Assembly (NCBI RefSeq): GCF_052425735.1
Contig: NC_135770.1
Span: forward strand, 29,698,001 to 29,762,000
Direction of reading: 5' to 3'
From: Oculina patagonica
Lineage: Eukaryota
Length of the DNA: 64,000 nt
A model generated the notes under the pieces. The model was not told the origin of the DNA. It was given only the letters and a program-made list of their open reading frames with translations, and searched no databases. The position numbers and the translations under genes were made by a program. Of the stretch, positions 10,404 through 22,500 are shown one piece after another (position 1 is the stretch's first letter; each line of letters opens with the position of its first letter).

Positions 10404-12377
10404 TCAATTGCTTCTTTTTGTTAGGCAATCATTACAACTGCAGGTCAAAGCACAGTTGTCACAGCATGAGTGCTTCAACACCTCTTTATCACTATCTGGA
10501 ATGTTAAATCCAAAGTACTCCAGTATGACTTTCCTTCTGCAGTTCTCAGTTGACACAAAGTTTCTCATGACTGGCTGAAAATCCTTCAGGGCCTTGCTAA
10601 CATCATAGTAATTGAATAACACTCTTGATATTGATGGCTTTCCATCTCTCCCAGCGCTGCCACTTTCTTGGAAAAACTCTTCCATGGTATTTGGGACACC
10701 TATATGTACCACTTCTCTTATGCTGGGACAATCGACGCCAATCCCAAATGCAATTGTAACAAAGAGGACTCTTATTTTCCCAGGCCCTTTCAACAAGTCT
10801 TCCAGGATGTCATTTTTCTCCTTCTCTGGGTAGTTTGCGTGGAACTGGGCAAAAAGTCTGTTCTTTGTCAAATGCGGAGAGCCAAGTGGGGTATACTGCT
10901 CTTCACCAAGATAACGATCGAAAACACTGAAACACTCGCCACATACCTGCAAATTGGAGTAAATCACCGTAAGAGGCATCTTCTCCCTCATCACTTGCAG
11001 TTTTGCAATATACGGCAGTAGCAGCACTTCAATTTTGTCATCACCAGTAGGTGGCCGTGTTGAACAAGTGTAGAAAATGTTCTGCCTGTTGGGGTTGACT
11101 GAAATTACCTCTGGATCCACCATTCCAAGAGAACTTGATATTAGACGCCGTGTTTTCTCTGTTGCAGTTGCAGTTAGTGCGACTACAGGAACGTTTGGAA
11201 ATATTGCACCTAGCATACCTAGTTGGGCATATGCAGGCCTAAAACTCTTCCTGTAAATACAATGCATGCAATATGAAACACATTCAGATTCTGAGCATAA
11301 CATTTTTATAATGTGGGAGTCAGTGGCACTGCATTAAAATCATAATGAATTTTGTGAATGTTAACCCCAAACAGTTGTAAACTAATGCAAGGGTAGCCAT
11401 GCAAAAGTACTGCCAAACAAGATTTCCTACATATATGGTATTGTATTCTACTAGGTCAGACAATAATTTGCAGGCTAAATTTTTAGTTGAAAGTTACCAA
11501 TAAAAGTTTTTAAGGATTGGGATGGTCTGAGTGAATCCATGAAATAAAGATGATAAAATACAGTGTAACCTTAAAAAAGGAACATACTATTAATACTTTA
11601 ACAACAAAAACATACAACTAGTCATGTTGTCAGTTTCAAAATGGAGTATTTTAATAAGCTATTCTATGTCCTCAAAGCATATTGTCTATAGTTACAGCAC
11701 TCTACTTTTTAGATGTGCTTGAAGGTGGGAAAAGACAAAAGTAGAAAATTCATTTACAGCATGTAGTATTATAAATATAAGTCATAACAACATTTTGTTT
11801 ACAAAATTGATTCACTTACAGAACCTTATATATTATTACTGTTGTCAATGGAAATAACTAAACACAGATACTAATTAATAAATACTTGCCACTCTACAAT
11901 GAGATGTGCTTCATCAATTACAACAGCTTTCATTTTGCATCTCACTTCTTCGCAATCCAACACCTTTCTCAATTTTCCAACAAATGCCTCCGGGTGGCCA
12001 TAAATTATTCGATACTTTGATTGCTTGATGTTGTTGATTTCAACTTCACTAAGCGACTCGGTATTACGAACCATTAGACAGGTGACATTTAAATCATTGA
12101 GCTTCACTGTTTGGTCTCGCATTAATGCATTTAGTGGCGAAACAACCAAAATAAAAGAATTAGTTTCTCCAAGCCAGGAGTCAAAAACAAAGGGCAATAA
12201 CTGAAAAATTAACGACTTGCCAAAGCCTGTCGGTAAAATAACAAGAGTGTCTTTCTTTAGAAGGACAATGTTACGAATGGCCTCTTTCTGTTCAACACGG
12301 AGGGAAATATTTTCCAAACTGAGACCTCCAAGCGCCCGTGACAAAGACTCTTCGAATCGTGGCTCGACGGCCGCCAT
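10404..12377 (-). CDS. RecQ-like SF2 helicase, two exons (12377-11890, 11250-10404)
   Basis: Motifs I LPTGFGKS, Ia VSPLNALMRDQ, II DEAH, III TAT, V TIAFGIGVD, VI QESGSAGRDG, and RQC Zn motif CRR...CCDNC. Exons join as HLIVEWKSFRP through a GC-AG intron. Confidence 0.9.
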
Positions 12378-12741
12378 AATAATCGCATACAGTCTATAGA
12401 CACCTCACGACTGCATACATGAAGACCGGAAGTCCTAGAATCTAGGACTTGAAAATCTCTGTCCCCAGAGCCCTTTGTTTCCTCGTGCCTAGGCCCTGCC
12501 GGCTAAGAGAAACAAAAAGGGCTATGGGGACGAGAATGCCCCTTCTTAAAACCTAGCTCTTCAAATTTCATTTAAATTCACGTTTAGTCCCGCCTTAAAA
12601 CATTTGAAAACACTTCAGGCTTTTAAAATCGTTTTAAAACATAAACAGCGTTCAGCCAAAAGTACGACGTTTTTATATTTGCATTTATTCCACTCATTTT
12701 ACTTTAAGCTTTTACGTGGCCAAAGGTCTAACTTTGCAGTT

Positions 12742-14732
12742 TCAGCTGACACACCGTTTTATTCTCATTTTCTTGGTGTTGTTGTTCAGTTTCTTGTTGT
12801 AGTGCACTTTGTATTTCTCCAGCATTGTCTCAACGGCATCAAACACTTTGTTTGGGTAATGAACTTCATCTGTTATTGCATCAGGATACGAATCGGTCAG
12901 CGGATACACGTCTATGACGTCAAACCCCGCTTGACACATGGCGGACATCGCATAGGTACTGAACAGTTGAACTCGCTGAATCAGAAAAAAAGTATCGAAC
13001 AAGATGTTAAAATATGGATTAAGCAGCTCTTAAGTTACACTACGAAAATGGATGAGCCCTCGCGGGCGTTCACGATTTTTATCTGCGAAATGTCGATCTG
13101 GGAAACTTTTCACCATTTGACTGAGCATCCCATAGACTAAACATGTTTCAAGATGTCATTGGAAAGAAACTCAAACATCAGCGAGGAAATGCAAGTTTTA
13201 CTTGAGTGGAGAAGCTAATTGTGAGAATATCAAATCGCGTATTTTACGATTACGTTGCTTGATTCACGGAAACACCTGAGAGTGTAAGGGATTTACAGAA
13301 AAAAAAAACTGATTTGATAACATTCGCCATTTGAAGCAAAACAAATCCCTGGTTCGCCAGTTTAACTGCGATGTTATTGGCTGTTAAGACTCGTGGAAAG
13401 TTCGTAAACTGGCCATTTGCTGTTAGTTTTAATCGAACTTTAGGCTGGATTTCCAACTGTTTTGAGAGTTTGGTATCAATCCCTGTGGGAGGGGGGGGAG
13501 GTACTCCCTATAGTGGACTGTACGGAAAGGATGCGCCCGGAAAAGGTTTTTTTTGAAGGCTGAAGGTATATTTAAGGGTAGGGATTTCGCGAGTTGAAGT
13601 ACAGGGAAGGGTAGGGAAAAATGTTATTAAGTTGTTTAATAGAGTCTTCTAAAAAACCTGAAACAGACGCGCCCAATGAGAAGTAAAAAGTTTAAAAAGG
13701 CACAGTATGAGAAAGGGATAAATTTTTTTTATGAAAGGTATACAAAAGGGTTACCTTTTGTGCCAAAAATGGCATGCAAAAAGGTAAGGGTTTGGACCTC
13801 GGGGCGGAGCCTCCCCGTAGAAACCTTTGTTGAAACCCCCCGCATACCCCCCTCCCCCCATCCCCGGACCTTAACTCCGTCAGTCTGTTGTTAGCCAAAT
13901 TTGTGCCGGTTCTGTTTGCAGTCAGAAGTTCCTCGTCAATTTTTTACGGTCATGAATAAGTTGATTCAGTTGTCGCGCTGCTGTGTATTTTTGTTGGAGT
14001 GCTGATAAGTGTGATAAATACCTGCGTGGTGAAGAATCTCCAACTGGTCTTGTTTCTGACTTCTGCATTTTCTTTGTGTATAGCGGTCGATGATTTCCAA
14101 ATCACCTTTGCTTTATATTTAGGGACTCTAATCCCTTGTGAATTTACTTCAGTCTCCTTCAAGTTGTTTATTACATCGCCAATGAATCTCTGGTACGTCG
14201 TAAAATTGACACTGATTGGAAAATGCAAACCAAGATTCAAAAGCAGAACACTGTCTTTTCGCTGCATTTCTGGTCGGCGTAGAACACTCAGGATCGTTTC
14301 TAAGACCTTTCCAGGCTGAAAATCCAGATTATCGTCCTGTTTCTTACTTACTGCCTCGCTGATTATGGGATAGATCCAGTTGTAGCTGTTGCGACATCCC
14401 ATATAGAGCCTTGTGCAAAGATAGCGCGATTTTACGGATTGCGAGAAGCGTACACCAAGAGAATCACCGTAGATCCATAGCACACCCGTCGGATGATAAC
14501 TGATTGGCAACGACCAGTTGTAGAACTCTATTCAAAGTAAAATAAGCAAGGAAAACGAAGCGTATTGTCAAACAAAAATAATGAAATTCCAATTGTCAAA
14601 TTTTTAAGAAAAACTCCTCCGTGGGGTTCTGTCGCCGGAGAAAGAAGGGAACAGGAGCTCGTAGGGGTGACGGGAGGGGGTGAAAGTTGTGATTTTTATG
14701 AAGAAGTGGGGGGCGGGGGGGGAAAAAACCCC

Positions 14733-14765
<33 letters not shown>

Positions 14766-17015
14766 AAAGAGAGGGAAAGAAAAAAAAAAAAAAAAAAAGG
14801 GATACCGAAAGTGATATCAGAAATTATTTACCTCACCACACCCCGTCCAATCTCACTTTCCTTTGTAATCACAGTTTGCACGAACAATCAATAAAAAACA
14901 TATAGCATGATAGATATTTCAGTGATTCACGACGTAGGTATAACGATCGAGTTGGGTGCTAACCTTTAAGGTATGGTTTCCATTCGTTATTTAGCCACTG
15001 GCCAAATCCATCCCATAAGTGATTGCAGGTGTGAGCGCAGGAATCCAGGCCCTCGCTAAGTTTGTCTGACAAAACAAAGGGAGTTAAAAATCAATTCTTG
15101 GGATGTTCTTTTCTAAATTAGGTTCTGACTTTTCTCCAAAGGAACGGACACCTAACTATATCCTCCTCAAAAAAAGCCATCTGATTATTATTGCTGCAGT
15201 TACAAAAAGCTGTCATCATGACTTTGAGAAACCTGAAATCTTTTTAACGTCAACTTTCGAATTTTTCCATACCCACTGTCTTTGGAGTCAGGGAACGGCA
15301 CGAGTTAAAAGAGTCATCTATTTTCTCGAGTAGTACCACTGAAATTCGCTTTGAGATTTCCACTTGAAAGCTTGTATAATATACATTGAACTGGGGTGTG
15401 TAAGAGAAAGTGTTTCAAAAGTCATGAGAAGTTGTTGGTACCTTGTACTAGGAAGTTCACTTTAAAGAAAGAGCTTGTGATACTAGTTGCGGAACTTGCG
15501 GTTAACGAGAATGATCACACGCACTCGAAGAACAATCAAAAAGTGAAGATCACAAGAAATGATGAAATGTTTACAACAATTTCTTGTCTAAGAGTCTCCC
15601 AGCATGTAGTATCAAATTAATTAACCCACGTTTAAGAGTAAGCATAAAACTGATTTTTCGAGTGTTATTATGGAGCGAAAGTTTCGTTTGCACACCATTT
15701 TGATACTATAGTTTCATAGAAAACTAACCTCAGGAACAATTTAAAGGGAAGAGAAAGATTGTGTTCACGAATACATACCCACCAGAGATGTGTTCATCTG
15801 TGCCTCGGGCACGGTTATAATCAAGGGGTTCCCATTGTTTAATGACTGTATCAAGTAGTCGTCCAATGTGCCTAGAAGTCCATCTTTCTGAAACTTTCCC
15901 TGAGCGTTGCCTTTAATGAACCAGCCACGTGGCGGGTCTCTGAAGCCATCACAAAGACTATAATCAAGGTAAATCATCAGCTGATAGACACCAGGCTTCG
16001 TGATGAGAAATAGAGCTTCGTAAGTTCCGTTATTGTGATCAAAAACAGTGGCCGCAACGCTTGATGGGCCACGTACGTAAACCCTCCACGTGTCTCCACC
16101 AATCACCTTTGTTCGATTATCTGAGGTTTTTGATTGGATGAAAATCTTGCTAAATTCTCCTGCTGGCCTGATGTCCCAAAACACGACATCACTAGCAATA
16201 GCGCTACTTCTGTTTACTTTGCTCCAGCCGTTCTTTACTTTGCCCCAGGCCATATTTTCAACGCACGGTTTAATCATACTTTGCCAGTCTACGCGTGCGC
16301 GGCGTTGGCGTAACCACTGACGACGGAAATCTTGAAATCGATGTGAAATCGGCGAACTATGTTCTGTTTTAAAGTTCGGAATGGCCTGAACCAACTTTAA
16401 ATCAAACTTATTATTACCAGGCGTTTGACTGGTGCTGGAGATGTTTGCTTGATCAACTGTTGAATTATCTGCCATCCGCGTGTTATTTTGTTTTCCGTTC
16501 AAATCTTCGCTGTGAGCACTAACGTTGCTAAAGTTTGTAAAATTTAAATCAGATGTAACTGCGGAAGTTAAGACATTAACTACACCTTTATCAGTATCCT
16601 TCGAAGATGACTGCAACTTATAGTTTTTATCTAATGGATTTTCTAACCGCGTCACGAAGCCGTCTTCCGACTTGTGCCAGGCGTAGCCACTGAGTCTATC
16701 CACAAATCCTGGTCTTTTTCGAGCTCTATACTTGCTCTGCAATTTCTCAAACAATTCATTCGGCGATGATATTGCAACTTTGTTCGATGAGAAGGCATCC
16801 AATGGTCGAAAAAGGTTGTCATGAATTACGGCCGCAGGAGGAGGCGTCCCATAGTCCCTTTCGTCCATCAAGTAATACCGGAAGTACAGATAAACAGCAA
16901 CGCAAGTGAGAAGATAGCACGCAAGAAAGCGTGCAAGACTGGGGCACGTTCTACCGTGTTTCATGGCGACGTTTTGTTTGTCCGCTCTTAGATTCCTTAC
17001 TGAGAATGTTGCCAT
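12742..17015 (-). CDS. NXPE-family (neurexophilin/PC-esterase, SGNH-like) type II membrane protein, paralog A; exons 17015-15779, 15065-14964, 14527-14022, 12975-12742
   Basis: N-terminal TM anchor, Ig-like GGDTWRV...DHNNGTY motif, YGDS catalytic motif and C-terminal DEVHYP (DxxH). Canonical GT-AG junctions with consistent phases. Confidence 0.85.
13483..13867. mobile_element. Non-autonomous DNA transposon with G-run/C-run termini in NXPE-A intron
   Basis: Starts GGGGGGGGAGGTACTCCC, ends CCCCCTCCCCCATCCCCGG; internal AAAGGG/AAAAGG repeats. Confidence 0.5.
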
Positions 17016-17287
17016 GGACACGTGGTACTCCTCATGCTTCTTCGAGCAATTGAGTGTTTCAGCGTTGATAAGGTCTCATGGGAAACCATTCAATCATAAG
17101 AAACTGCCAAAAAAGTTAAAATTAATCGATTAACATATTTTGGTAATTCTGTAGCAACTTTTACCGGCAACTGCAAAGCGAAGACTGTCGAACAAAGCCA
17201 GGCTTAAACGAGACTAAAAACTATGATATTTGATTTGAAAATCGTTTCAACAGGCGAGAAAGCAAACTAGTCTGGTACCATAGCTGT

Positions 17288-17546
17288 GAGCGCTTTCCAT
17301 TTGACCAACAGTACAGAGCGAATACTACGAAAAATTTCGTGGGAAAGTTTATGAAATATCCAAAAACTGTGAAATTTCCTTAATAAGAACCATTTGACCG
17401 AAAATTCGGGAGCAAAATCAAATTGAATGGAAATTTTTGAAAATAAAATTTGAAAATTTCGGTATACCGAGCGAGGTTGTCCTCTGTTTCGAGAATTTCG
17501 AAAACGTTTTATTCAAACCGGAGCTTTTGGTCAAATGGAAAGCGTT
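17288..17546. mobile_element. PIF/Harbinger-type MITE
   Basis: TIRs CGCTTTCCATTTGACCA / TGGTCAAATGGAAAGCG; same TIR family as 46048 and 50567. Confidence 0.65.
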
Positions 17547-18128
17547 GTGTATTTTGAAGCTTCATTAAGCTGCTCAATTATGATTTCATGCATGCGTGCG
17601 CTAGACGCAGCAGACCAAGCCTGAAATTATGAACGATAGTCAGCACATTTCAACGACAAGAGTTGACAAATTTTTGAATGTAAATCAGCTGAAATTAGTT
17701 GTAAATCAATTCAACTTAGTTTTCGTACATGACGAATTACTTCCTTTGTGTCAAAGTCGTTTATGTTTTTGAGTTTCTTAGTCGTGTTTCTGATCTTTCC
17801 TGTGGCAATGAAACCAAGCGCATTCTATGGAATATCACCTACCCATTTTCCTGCAACTCAACTTTTGATGACCTTGGGCTAAACCAGCTTTAAAGCATTT
17901 GATAAAGCGTCTTGCAGTTTAAAGGGTACTGATATTTTTTTTATGTTCCGGCAAACAAAAGATCAGTAAATAATTGTCGTATCGCGCATGTCGTGTTAAG
18001 CTTTGTCCTTGTTTAGCCCAAAGTACCTGTTGCTATATGCCGTAACAGGTGTTACCAGTTGGCGTGTCAGACAAGCGCTGTATTTCAAGTTTATGTTTCA
18101 TTAAAAGTTTCATGCGGGTATTTCATGA

Positions 18129-18344
18129 TATTCTCGTCCACAGAGGCCGCGATTCTTTGGTCAGAACCGAGGATAACCTTGTCCCCAGGGTCTTCTCGGC
18201 GACGAGTTTTCAAAATGGCGGGTCGTCTTGAGAAGACCAGCCGCCATTTTAAAAACGGAGAATGTCCTGGGGACGAGGTTGCCTAAAATCAATTTTGGAA
18301 TTTCGGTGTTGACCAAAAGGATCGCAGCCACTGAAAACGAGGAG
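18129..18344. mobile_element. Two nested short hairpin elements with CTCGTCCCCAG-type ends (inner 18174-18281)
   Basis: Outer arms ATTCTCGTCCACAGAGGCCGCGATTCTTTGGTCA / TGACCAAAAGGATCGCAGCC...CGAG. Inner arms AACCTTGTCCCCAGG / CCTGGGGACGAGGTT. Confidence 0.6.
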
Positions 18345-19592
18345 GAGCTCATGTTCGCCTCAATAAGTATTGCTGGACAGGTTCGAAATTGCTAAAATGT
18401 TCGCTGGGTTTGGAATTATTTTGTCGCTGGGGTTAAAGTAAAGCCTAGATAAATATAATCCTTCTGTTTCCAATTTTATGTTTTCAGGGCATTTTCAATT
18501 TGCGCTTCTAATCAATTGCTGGTTTCTCTTAGCACGATATCACATATGGCTTGTTAAAACAAGTTAAAACAAAAGAAAATCTTCCCAATCGAAGCGTTTC
18601 ATCCTTCTACTGAAATTACAATATGAAATAGAAACAAAAAGAACAGAGACGAAGAAATGAAAACCTCTTGCAGGAAAAATAAATGTTCTTTATATACACC
18701 ATTTTTTTATTCCTAATCTTCCTGATAGGACCAGAGTCTCATTTTATTTACAGTGTACCACATTCGCCATGTTCTGTTTTTATTTTGACCTTTCAAGGCC
18801 CAAGAGTGAACAAGATCAAATTTCTCCTCATAATATCAATAGTTCATTAAGAGAAAAGGTTATGAGAATCAATAAAATGATCACCAAAGGGAAATTGCTT
18901 TGATCTTTTGACAAATTCTCCCAAATAATTCTATTAGAAAATGTATGGCGATTAAACACGAGAATTTGTATGTAGATATTGGGGCTTAAAGGGTACATAG
19001 TTCAGTCTCTAGTTGTAATAACTGTTTATTTTCCTCCTCCTGTTCTCTGCCCCTTCTTTCGACTTCTTGTTCTTGTATTTCTTAGTAGTGTAAGTAGTGT
19101 AGAGACTAACTATTCGGCACTCAGTTGATGTAGTGAGACAATAGCGAGAATATTTTACAGTGCAATTTTCCTTTTTTTTTTTTAAAAAAACATAAACAAA
19201 CGTTCATAAGATCCATTGGTCTTCATTGGCTAAAGCTAATCCTAGCTCTGAAAAATTAATTACTTTCAAAAACTTACCGGTGGATTATAGCTTTGTGCAG
19301 GTTGGATTTACATTTACATTATCTACAGTTATGATTTCACAGCTAACAAACGAAAACAATAATTTCTACATTGTATTTTCTATGTTTTTTACAGCGAAGC
19401 GAATAAATAAAATTAAACCAAATAATCATTTCCACCTCCTTACAGTAAGTAAGGCATAGTATTGTAAGTAGTGTATACTGTGTTCTGTTGGTAATTGTAT
19501 TGTAAGTATTTTAAAAAATATTGTATAAAGAAATCATGTTTTATGCAGTTCCCATTCTTTCAGGTAACTACGGATGACAGCCACAAACTGTT

Positions 19593-22500
19593 ATGGCTAC
19601 GGGACGTACTCGCACTGTTTTGAAGCGAACTCTCTTTTATCTTCTCTTGTGCGCGTTAACTTTGCTTCTTTTCAGTAATTACTTGTGGAACTTGAGAAAT
19701 GATTTGTCATTTCCTTATATACTTCAAACAGACGAAATTAATAGATTAGAAGATTTCCGTCGCGAGTGGTTACGTCAGCGCTGCGCACGCGTAGACTGGC
19801 AAGGAATAATGAGACCGTGTCATGATAAAATGGCCTGGGGCCAAGTGAAAAATGGCTGGGGAAAACTCAATAGAAGCAACGCAAATACAAGTGACGTCAT
19901 ATTTAAAGACATCAGGCCAGCGGGGGAGTTTAGCAAGATTTTCATCCAATCAAAAACCTCAGATAATCGAACAAAGGTGATTGGTGGAGACACGTGGAGG
20001 GTTTACGTACGTGGCCCATCAAGCGTTGCGGCCATTGTTTTTGATCACAATAACGGAACTTACGAAGCTTTATTTCTCATCACGGAGCCTGGTGTCTATC
20101 AGCTGATGATTTACCTTGATTATAGTCTTTGTGATGGCTTCAGAGACCCGCCACGTGACTGGTTCATTAAAGGCAACGCTCAGGGAAAGTTTCAGAAAGA
20201 TGGACTTCTAGGCGCATTAGACGACTACTTGATACAACCCTTTAAGAATGGGGAACCTTTAAAAATAAACGTAACAAAAGCAAAAACTAATATGTCTTTT
20301 ATAGGTAAATCCTCACAGTTGTTATCTAAAAAGCTTGCTTTCGATTATTAAAATAACGTACTGATGTACGGATCGGAAAACAATTAAGGCATGTTTACTT
20401 CGCTGTGTACATATCTACAAGATGCCCAGGCACAGTGCGTGTATGATTATTTACTTATTTGCTAGCAGATTAGAGTGGTTTAACTTGAGTGTCGAAAGTA
20501 ATTCACGTTTGCATTGGTTTTGCATTACGACGCTTAGTAATTGGTTTAAAACTCTCGCGGCACTTTCTTACCAATCAGAAGTAAAACCAAAACCAATCGT
20601 GACTCGCTCGCGCACGTTTTCCCGCGCTTCGTGCCGGCTACAAGTATTTGCTTCGAGTTTTGATTGGTTTACTGGATTGTCTGTGTTCTTTGTGATTGGC
20701 TAGAGTGATTACTTTAGTTTTGGTTTTACGACACTCAATTGAAAACTGCTCTATTCCTTTGCTGTCGCTTGCACTGATTTTAACGATTAACTGTAGTCTC
20801 TTAGCCAAATGGTGGTTACAAAGTTATAATGTATACCATAGTTATTTAAATGTGACACGATATACAATTTGTAAACCTCGCCTGCATGGTCGGGAATGCA
20901 ATTTACCGCACTGAGGGAAATCAATCGTCGGTCTACCTGTGTTTTTTTTCCCTTACAGACCTTGCTACTTTCGATTTTTCTGGTATTGTTTTTCTAGTTT
21001 TGCACAATGCAGCCAAAAAGCTAGTCATAATTAAACAGCTAGCTTTCTCCCTTGACTTTGTGACTCGTATAGGGAGTTTTGAGCACGTACTGAAAGCAAA
21101 GCAGCGAAATAAGAGAGGATTTTCTTGATAGTTAAACCTATGGGTATTAGATATTTAAAGGACCCTAGTCGTCCACGCCTTTGTGTTTGTTTACATACGA
21201 GAATTTCAGTATTATATTTTTCGCGGAGCGTGTCTAAAGGAAAGAGATCTATATGAAACTGCCAAAAGTGATTAAACAGACTTCAAGTGCAATAAGATTA
21301 CGCTTAACCATACAGTTCATAATTTCGATGGCATCGAAAATGGCGGAGGCTGACTAGGATCCTTAAAGTTCAATTGATAATTTTCACTCCAAACAAACAA
21401 AAGAATGATAAAGGATAACTAGTCAAAAATAAGCACCGATAATTTTAAAGAGCATTTGTGGCAGTTTAAGACCTCAGTAAAGCAAACGTTCAAGGATGGA
21501 CGAGGATTTCTATTCAACATGCGAAATGTCCGAATTTAGATGACAGAGAAAATGGCGGAGGCTGACTAGGACCCTTTAATCTGAATCTAATTGTTTCGTT
21601 TCTTTAATTTTTGCCAGATAAATTGGACTCTTGTGCTTACAGCTGCAACCACTTATGGGATGGATTTGGTCGATGGACAAATGACAAATGGCGGCCATAT
21701 ATGGATGGTTAGTTCATATCTTTATAACAGAAAGGCAAAATTGCTGAATTCTGATTGGTCAAAACAAAATAGATTTTCTTCCCAAGACTTGCGCCGATTG
21801 CTTGAGCGCTGAGCTCGATATTTCTCGCAGAAAAAATCTGCTTAAAACGGTTTTTGGACTAGAAAATCGCTATAGCTTATTCAAAATCACCTGCATTAAA
21901 TTTGATTTATAAATTTGAAATAGATTTTAGTTTTTTACTCGAAACAAAACACTAAAGAGTGTGTGTTATTTCATTTCAAAACACCGAGAAGAGAGTTGAA
22001 AACACGGCACCCAGGGCAGTATTCTAAAGGGAATTAAAGTGTTTGCTAATGTGATAAAACAGTGTCCCTAGTGTTTAACACGGTACTTAAAAGAAAATGA
22101 AATAAATTTGACGTACTGAAATTTAAAAAAAATATCTGTAATTCTAAAGATAATATGTACATTTGGCTTAAAAAATTAGAGTAAAAAAACACGGTCAAAC
22201 TCAACTTGTTCTTTGCCAGTTTAATATCTTGTCTTTATCTTATCCGTTTTATGTTTGCCTGGCTATAGAGCTCTACAACTGGTCATTGCCATCAAACTAC
22301 AACGCTTCCGGTACTCTGTGGGTCTACGGCGACTCATTAGGCGTTCGTCTATCTGGTTCACTTAACTCCCGTGCCTTGTGTAAAAAGCTCTACGTAAACT
22401 GCAAGAACAGTTATAACTGGCTGTATCCCATAACGAACGCGGAGCTGAGCAGAAAACAGAATGATGATCTAGATTTCAATGCTGTAAACGTCCTAGACGC

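Larger units (their letters stand above)
5595..12538. mobile_element. AcademH-type DNA transposon (transposase plus RecQ helicase), right part; left part lies beyond Polinton 1
   Basis: Spliced DUF6589-like DDE transposase on + converging with a RecQ-like helicase on -, the known AcademH layout. Hairpin-shaped right end at 12454-12538 ending GGGGACGAGAATG. Confidence 0.75.

Noticed and set aside
14565-14894. ORF with poly-Gly/Pro/Lys and a possible G-quadruplex
   Set aside because: Derived from intronic G, C and A homopolymer runs that look like low-quality sequence.
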